Shown here one piece after another: positions 58,659 to 64,000 of a stretch of 64,000 bases of DNA. Under the pieces are notes generated by a model. The model was not told where the DNA came from and did no database searches. It worked only from the letters and a program-made list of their open reading frames with translations. This DNA comes from a virus (taxonomy: Duplodnaviria; Heunggongvirae; Uroviricota; Caudoviricetes), in the IMG/VR virus record IMGVR_UViG_3300042296_001032, one strand, 5' to 3'. The position numbers were made by a program, and so were the translations under genes. Within the stretch, counting starts at the first letter, position 1. Each line of letters starts with the position of its first letter.

Positions 58659-61196
58659 TTAACTCTTATTATCTTTGATTCTTTTCATTTGTTTTTTAAA
58701 CCATTCATCATTACTGTTGTGAGCTTTTGTTTGTGTGTCAAAATAAGGGTCTATTTCATTACTAGAACTATTTAAAGGCCACAATAAAGTCCAACCTAAA
58801 TCTGTATATTGTTTATAATAAGATTTCATTTGACTAAGTGTAGTATTAGAAACACTTCCCCAACCACGAGTACCAGGTAAAATATATAATGTAGCGTTAG
58901 GGAATTTTTTTCTAACCAAATCAGTATATGCTTTAATATCTTTCTTGGTACTATCCTTTGTTGGATACCCGTCATTAGTACCAATACCTACTTGGAAGAA
59001 TGATTCTACACTTGTGTAAACATTACCGTCTCCATTAATTTGTTGTTTTAACCAAGAGAGTGTTTTACCACCACAGTTATAGTATACGTATATATTATTA
59101 CTAGTTAAGTTACCGTAAGTACTAGATTTACTCATACCATTAAGGGTCCCAACACTTGAAGAACCAACAATAGCGTTTTTAGCGTTAGCTAAAGTACCAC
59201 CACCATTAAGACCAAATTTAACAGAACTACTACAATTTTTTGGTTCTGGTGGTTTTCCTGTACCACCCCCACCAGTTGGTGTTTTACCACAACTATCAAA
59301 CACGTTTTGTGCAAAAGCACTTCTTTTTTTCCATTCAGCCTCTGTTTGACAAAATTCACATCTTTCCCATTTTTGAGCAACATATTTTGCTGCTTTATAA
59401 ACTGTATCTTCACTTTTAAATTTTTCAAATTTTTTACCACCTTCTGATACAGTTAACCAATATATTAAATAACCATAATTAATTTCATCTGTTGCTGGTT
59501 TTGTTTTTAAATCAAAACCTTTAGTACTTGCATATTCTATAAAATCATTTTTTAATGTATAGAAAGTCCATTGTGCCCAACCATAACCTTCTTCATCTTC
59601 CCCACCTTTAGAAAATGTAGTTCCATTCCATCCACCAGATTCTGTTATAAGTCCCCTTGGTTTTCTCCCTTTTCTATCTTGTATTCTATCAGGTATTAAA
59701 CCTGATTCAGCAATTAAATTACCAATAATACCAGCGGCCTGTGCATCAGTTATACCCAAATCACCCTTAAGTCTTCCTATAATCTCACAACCTTTAGCGT
59801 TTGTATCAACACTATTAAATACTGAAATATCACCACCACTATAATCACCACTATCAGTAGTACTTCCATTACCATTAGTATTAGTGGTAGTTGTATCAGT
59901 TTGTACTACTTCAACTAAAGCTAAATCAATTAAACTCAAAGCTTCAGTTACAACAGGTACGGTTACTTTGGGTTGTCTCATACCAGTAAATTCAGTAGTA
60001 ATTTTATTATTTGTTATTGTATGGCTAACGGCATTAATTAGATAAGTACCTCTAAACATTGGTACGTTTTCTAATTTAAAATACATTAAAGGTTGTATTG
60101 ACATATTACCCAAACCTGAAACCGTACAATTATAAGCCCTTGTTAAATAAACATCATACATGTTATTACCTTTACCAATTTGTGATGGGTTTGAGCCACT
60201 ATTAGGATTTGTTAAGGCATCTATTATTTGTAAAGATTCTTGTGTTTCTTTAAATTCTGTTTGGTCTAACTCTATTGAGTTAAAATGATTTTGTGCTTCT
60301 TGCCCATATCTAACTTTAAAAACAACTAAACCCTCACCTTCTTTAGTGTATTCAACCGGTAAATCTACTGTATTTGTAATATCAAAAGAGTCATCAACAT
60401 ATTCAAAATTACCACCATTAACACTACAAGTATTACTATTGTCTTTTAAATCAGCTAGAGACCTAGAACTACCCCCAATATGAACACAAACAAATGATGG
60501 TCCTGGATGTACCTTATCTATAAATGTTAATGGTCTAAAAATATCTTTTACTTGTTCATTTGTTAATGATACTGTTGATAAATCAATGTTTGCTGGTAAT
60601 GGCCAAAAATCAAAATTGTTTTTACTTAATAAACTTGTCAATGACTCATATAGTGATTGTGTTGGCCCTTGTCCGTTTTTGGTACTAGCTAAATTAGAAA
60701 GGTATGAAAAGTCTATAACTGCTTTTTTACCCACGTCTTGATTTGCTCTATTAATAAATTTAAAATGTTCATATAACATTCTATCATCTTCTTCACCGTA
60801 ATTATTAAAGAAATAACCAGAAGATTTATTTACACTATCATAAGAATTAGATACCCATTTATCATAAAATGATTTAAATGAACGATATAATGAAAGTTTA
60901 ACATCTGGGTCACTTGACATGTTATCCTCAATAGAGTTATTATTTGTATTTTGTGTAATTGATTCAATAATTTTTTTGGAATTGTCTGTCACCGCTTGAA
61001 TAAACCCATCAACATAAGAACTTAATTCATCCTCAGATATATAAAAATCTTCACCAAAATCTTCGGGGTGAATAGCAGAAAAAACTTTAGGTGAAGAAGA
61101 TATGAGCCTATATTTAGAATCAGTTACAAATAATTCTTCATACAGTTCTTTGTTTTTATCTTTTTTTAATCCTACTAATCTTGTGTTATCACTCAT
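58659..61196 (-). CDS. Baseplate-hub/Tal-like protein, cassette A: tail lysozyme plus SGNH-like domain
   Basis: Hub-like GNMSIQP..YFKL..VPMFRGTYLINAVSHTI; QAAGIIGNLIAESG...GYGWAQWT (phage tail lysozyme); IVGSSS...GG.T...GTNDG. Confidence 0.7.
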   Translation of the reverse strand: MSDNTRLVGLKKDKNKELYEELFVTDSKYRLISSSPKVFSAIHPEDFGEDFYISEDELSSYVDGFIQAVTDNSKKIIESITQNTNNNSIEDNMSSDPDVKLSLYRSFKSFYDKWVSNSYDSVNKSSGYFFNNYGEEDDRMLYEHFKFINRANQDVGKKAVIDFSYLSNLASTKNGQGPTQSLYESLTSLLSKNNFDFWPLPANIDLSTVSLTNEQVKDIFRPLTFIDKVHPGPSFVCVHIGGSSRSLADLKDNSNTCSVNGGNFEYVDDSFDITNTVDLPVEYTKEGEGLVVFKVRYGQEAQNHFNSIELDQTEFKETQESLQIIDALTNPNSGSNPSQIGKGNNMYDVYLTRAYNCTVSGLGNMSIQPLMYFKLENVPMFRGTYLINAVSHTITNNKITTEFTGMRQPKVTVPVVTEALSLIDLALVEVVQTDTTTTNTNGNGSTTDSGDYSGGDISVFNSVDTNAKGCEIIGRLKGDLGITDAQAAGIIGNLIAESGLIPDRIQDRKGRKPRGLITESGGWNGTTFSKGGEDEEGYGWAQWTFYTLKNDFIEYASTKGFDLKTKPATDEINYGYLIYWLTVSEGGKKFEKFKSEDTVYKAAKYVAQKWERCEFCQTEAEWKKRSAFAQNVFDSCGKTPTGGGGTGKPPEPKNCSSSVKFGLNGGGTLANAKNAIVGSSSVGTLNGMSKSSTYGNLTSNNIYVYYNCGGKTLSWLKQQINGDGNVYTSVESFFQVGIGTNDGYPTKDSTKKDIKAYTDLVRKKFPNATLYILPGTRGWGSVSNTTLSQMKSYYKQYTDLGWTLLWPLNSSSNEIDPYFDTQTKAHNSNDEWFKKQMKRIKDNKS
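61153..61196. repeat. 44-nt exact direct repeat, copy 1 (start of cassette A)
   Basis: Identical to 63178-63221 by base-by-base comparison. Confidence 0.9.
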
Positions 61197-61235
61197 ATTA
61201 CTTTATTATTTTTTTAACTAAAACAGATAGTATAA

Positions 61236-63221
61236 TTAAGCTTTTGTATAAGCTAAAAAATATTGTCTTAATTGTTTTTTAGGGTCTTCTAAATAACCAG
61301 TTGCCATTATATTTTTATTATAAATAATTTTTGGTGAAACCCAATTTGCGTATTCTGGGTTTTGGCTTTTTAATGTCGGTATTTGTGAATCTGCTCTGTC
61401 TGAATAGTTTCCAGAAGATATACTACCTATTGAACCTCTAGTAGCTACTCCAATGTAAGATTTTTCGTCAGTACTTTTTTCTATTGTAACTGCCCAACTA
61501 ACAAAATAATTAGTCCAATCTATATTAATTTCTATTTTTGAAACTTTTACTTTAACACCCTTACTATTTATTTCTTTTATTACAGTGTTAACACCTTTTC
61601 CAGCATAAACTCCACCCTGTGTACCAACTTTAACTCTATTACTAAAATTAGCTGGTACTGCTGATTCAGTAAACATATAACCACCAAAATTATCACTTTT
61701 TCTAGTATTAAAAGAGTGTAAGGCGTCTCCACCTAAATCTTTAGCCGTATAACATCCTTTTATGATTACTGGGAAGGACCCATCATTTTTAACACTATTT
61801 AAAGAAGTTGTTACACAATCATCAATTCCACTGAATGTTGTTACTGTAGATTCGTCATAATTATTATCAGTTGTTGTGGTTGTTGTGGTTCCTCCACCTC
61901 CAGTGTTATTTAAATTCGTGTCTCCTTGTACTGTTTCAACTAAAGATAAATCTAATATACTCAAAGCTTCGGTCACAATTGGTACCGTAATTATTGGTTG
62001 TCTTGTTGCTGTAAAAGTTGTTTTAGCGTTATGTGGTACGATTGTGTGTGATACATCTGTAATTAGATAAGTACCTCTAAACATTGGGATATTTTCTAAT
62101 TTAAAAAACATTGTGGGTTGTATTTGCATGTTACCCAAAGTCTCAACCTTACAAGTGTAACCTCTAGTTAAGTTAACATCATATAAATTATTACCCTTAC
62201 CAATTTGTGTTGGGTCCGAACCACTACTTGGGTTTACCAAAGCGTCAATTACCAAAAGTGAATCTTGTGTTTCCCTAAACTCAGCTTGGTCTAACTCCAC
62301 TTTAATAAAGTGGTTTTGGGTTTCTTGTCCGTATCTAACTTTAAAAGCCACAATACCACTTGTTTTATCGTTATTAAAATCTTGGGGGTAAGTGGTTGGG
62401 TCAAATATGTCAAAAGAATCATCTTTATATTCAAAATTAGTTCCGTTAGTACCACAATAAGACCTAGGTATATCTAAACTTCTAGAACTACCACCAATAA
62501 ACATACACACAAATTTAGGGTTTGCTCTCATTTTAGTTAGTGGACCATCAAAAGCTCTAAACATATCTTCTAATTCACTTGTATTTGCGTCTGAATATTT
62601 AATATACCCAGGTAATGGTAAGAAATTAAAATTATTTTTACTTAAAACTCCAGTTATAGATTCGTATAGTGATTGTGTAGGTCCTTGCCCATTTTTGGTA
62701 CTAGCTAAATTAGAAAGGTAAGCAAAATCTATAACAGCCTTTTTACCTATGTCAGTACCACATCTATTAACAAAATTAAAATGTTCGTATAACATTCTTT
62801 CGTCAGTTTTTTCTGCTGAATATGCATTATAAAAATAATTAGATGTTTGTTGTTGGTTATATTCTGAACTAGAAATCCATTTATCGTAAAGAGATTTAAA
62901 TGAGCGATATAAAGAAAGTTTTAGGTCTGTGTCATTTAAAGCAGAATCAGCTATATTATCGTTATTATCTGTATTTTGTGTGATGGAATCAATGATTTTT
63001 TGAGAGTTATCGGTCACCGCTTGAATAAATCCATCAATATAAGAACCTAGTTCATCCTCTGAAATATAAAAATCTTCTCCAAAATCTTCAGGGTGAATTG
63101 CACTAAAAACTTTAGGTGATGAAGAAATTAAACGGTATTTAGAATCAGTTACAAATAATTCTTTGTACAGTTCATCATTTTTATCTTTTTTTAATCCTAC
63201 TAATCTTGTGTTATCACTCAT
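61236..63221 (-). CDS. Baseplate-hub/Tal-like protein, cassette B: unrecognised C-terminal domain
   Basis: First ~430 aa closely parallel cassette A; unrelated after a Gly/Thr linker. Confidence 0.65.
   Translation of the reverse strand: MSDNTRLVGLKKDKNDELYKELFVTDSKYRLISSSPKVFSAIHPEDFGEDFYISEDELGSYIDGFIQAVTDNSQKIIDSITQNTDNNDNIADSALNDTDLKLSLYRSFKSLYDKWISSSEYNQQQTSNYFYNAYSAEKTDERMLYEHFNFVNRCGTDIGKKAVIDFAYLSNLASTKNGQGPTQSLYESITGVLSKNNFNFLPLPGYIKYSDANTSELEDMFRAFDGPLTKMRANPKFVCMFIGGSSRSLDIPRSYCGTNGTNFEYKDDSFDIFDPTTYPQDFNNDKTSGIVAFKVRYGQETQNHFIKVELDQAEFRETQDSLLVIDALVNPSSGSDPTQIGKGNNLYDVNLTRGYTCKVETLGNMQIQPTMFFKLENIPMFRGTYLITDVSHTIVPHNAKTTFTATRQPIITVPIVTEALSILDLSLVETVQGDTNLNNTGGGGTTTTTTTDNNYDESTVTTFSGIDDCVTTSLNSVKNDGSFPVIIKGCYTAKDLGGDALHSFNTRKSDNFGGYMFTESAVPANFSNRVKVGTQGGVYAGKGVNTVIKEINSKGVKVKVSKIEINIDWTNYFVSWAVTIEKSTDEKSYIGVATRGSIGSISSGNYSDRADSQIPTLKSQNPEYANWVSPKIIYNKNIMATGYLEDPKKQLRQYFLAYTKA
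63178..63221. repeat. 44-nt exact direct repeat, copy 2 (start of cassette B)
   Basis: Identical to 61153-61196. Confidence 0.9.
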
Positions 63222-63275
63222 TATTTTTATCTTATTTTTTTAATCCTATTAATTTTTTTTATCACCCATAATATT

Positions 63276-64000
63276 TTATGTACCATCTATTGACCAGTGC
63301 CAAGCCTCACCGTTGTAATTAATAAATCCGTATTTTGAGGCGTTATTAACCAACCAATTAAAACAAACATATTCGTTTGGTTTTTTAGAAGCACCATTTG
63401 CGGCACACCAAGCTGAATCGTGTTTATAACAAATTGTCGACCCATTACAACCAAAATCTATTGCAAATCCACTTTGGTGTCTTGACCTCCCTGGTGTGGC
63501 AGTATCAGGGTCACAATTACCTTTTACATAAACACCTGTTTTATAACACCCATTAGCTTTAGCCGTATTTATTTGGTCTTCCATTGTTCTAAAGTTACTA
63601 CCACAAGTTAATGGTACACCATCCGCTTGTGCGGCATTAACCATATTATTTAAATTTTCCGCCATTTTGACGTTTATAAGTGCACCTTTTACCTTACATA
63701 ACCTAATTTTAAATAATTTACCACCGGTATAAGCGTCACCAACACCACCATCTGTTATACCGTCTATTTTAGGGCATTGTTCATTTGAACTATCTCCATA
63801 AACAGTATCGTCTATGAATATTTGGTTGGCTGGTAATATTGTAGTTGTAGTTGTGGTTCCTCCACCTCCCCCACCAGTGTTACCTAAAGCAGCATCTCCT
63901 TGTAGTGTTTCAGCTAGAGCTAGGTCAATCAAACTCAAAGCTTCTGTTACAATAGGTACGGTGACTATTGGTTGTCTCACACCTTTAAATGTTGTTTCTA
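63276..64000 (-). CDS. C-terminal part of a third hub/Tal-like protein with a peptidase M15 (VanY-like) domain; 5' end outside the window
   Basis: Frame is open to the window edge (ETTFKGVRQP...); SRHQSGFAID (SxHxxGxAxD) and EAWHW motifs. Confidence 0.75.
   Translation of the reverse strand, partial: ETTFKGVRQPIVTVPIVTEALSLIDLALAETLQGDAALGNTGGGGGGTTTTTTILPANQIFIDDTVYGDSSNEQCPKIDGITDGGVGDAYTGGKLFKIRLCKVKGALINVKMAENLNNMVNAAQADGVPLTCGSNFRTMEDQINTAKANGCYKTGVYVKGNCDPDTATPGRSRHQSGFAIDFGCNGSTICYKHDSAWCAANGASKKPNEYVCFNWLVNNASKYGFINYNGEAWHWSIDGT

Noticed and set aside
1868-62070. Plus-strand ORFs in the track other than 7858-8253, and short alternative-frame minus-strand ORFs
   Set aside because: They lie antisense to or inside longer motif-bearing genes and show the Ser/Phe/Leu-rich composition of shadow frames.
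1-64000. Alternative genetic code (stop-codon reassignment), known in some huge phages
   Set aside because: Core genes (RNR, helicase, SbcC, gp6-like) are full length under the standard code, coding density is high, and the stops checked are TAA or TGA at sensible positions.
1-64000. tRNA or rRNA genes
   Set aside because: Intergenic gaps are short and AT-rich and no cloverleaf or T-loop motif was seen by eye; a tRNAscan-SE run would settle it.

Overview
A 64-kb segment of a very AT-rich, large (jumbo/huge-type) contractile-tailed phage genome, read in the standard genetic code. Every credible gene is on the minus strand except one (7858-8253). Left to right: a lysis/head-accessory block (GH24 lysozyme, holin- and spanin-like membrane proteins, degenerate amidase, glutaredoxin, small proteins sharing an N-terminal motif); an isolated three-gene fibre/adhesin cluster; a sirtuin coupled to a Bacteroidetes-type sigma70; SbcC/SbcD-like recombination nuclease subunits separated by small ORFs; a DUF4338-like protein, PD-(D/E)XK nuclease, primase and RuvC-like resolvase; a ~25-kb baseplate/tail block (gp6-like and gp25-like wedge proteins, cysteine-repeat proteins); a replication block (class II RNR, DnaB-like helicase, 5'-3' exonuclease, RecA/UvsX, gp32-like SSB); and three tandem baseplate-hub-like paralogues with different C-terminal domains. 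TAnnTTTG promoters, no evident Shine-Dalgarno sites in the starts checked, and the sigma type point to a Bacteroidetes host. Main leads: (1) the tandem hub cassettes with a constant body and swappable tips (lysozyme plus SGNH, unknown, M15 peptidase); (2) mini-proteins resembling fragments of major capsid, terminase and tail sheath, several sharing a C-terminal PIKKIxKHxL-type tag; (3) a promoter-flanked twin-hairpin small RNA candidate. All family assignments come from motif recognition by eye; no database search was run.
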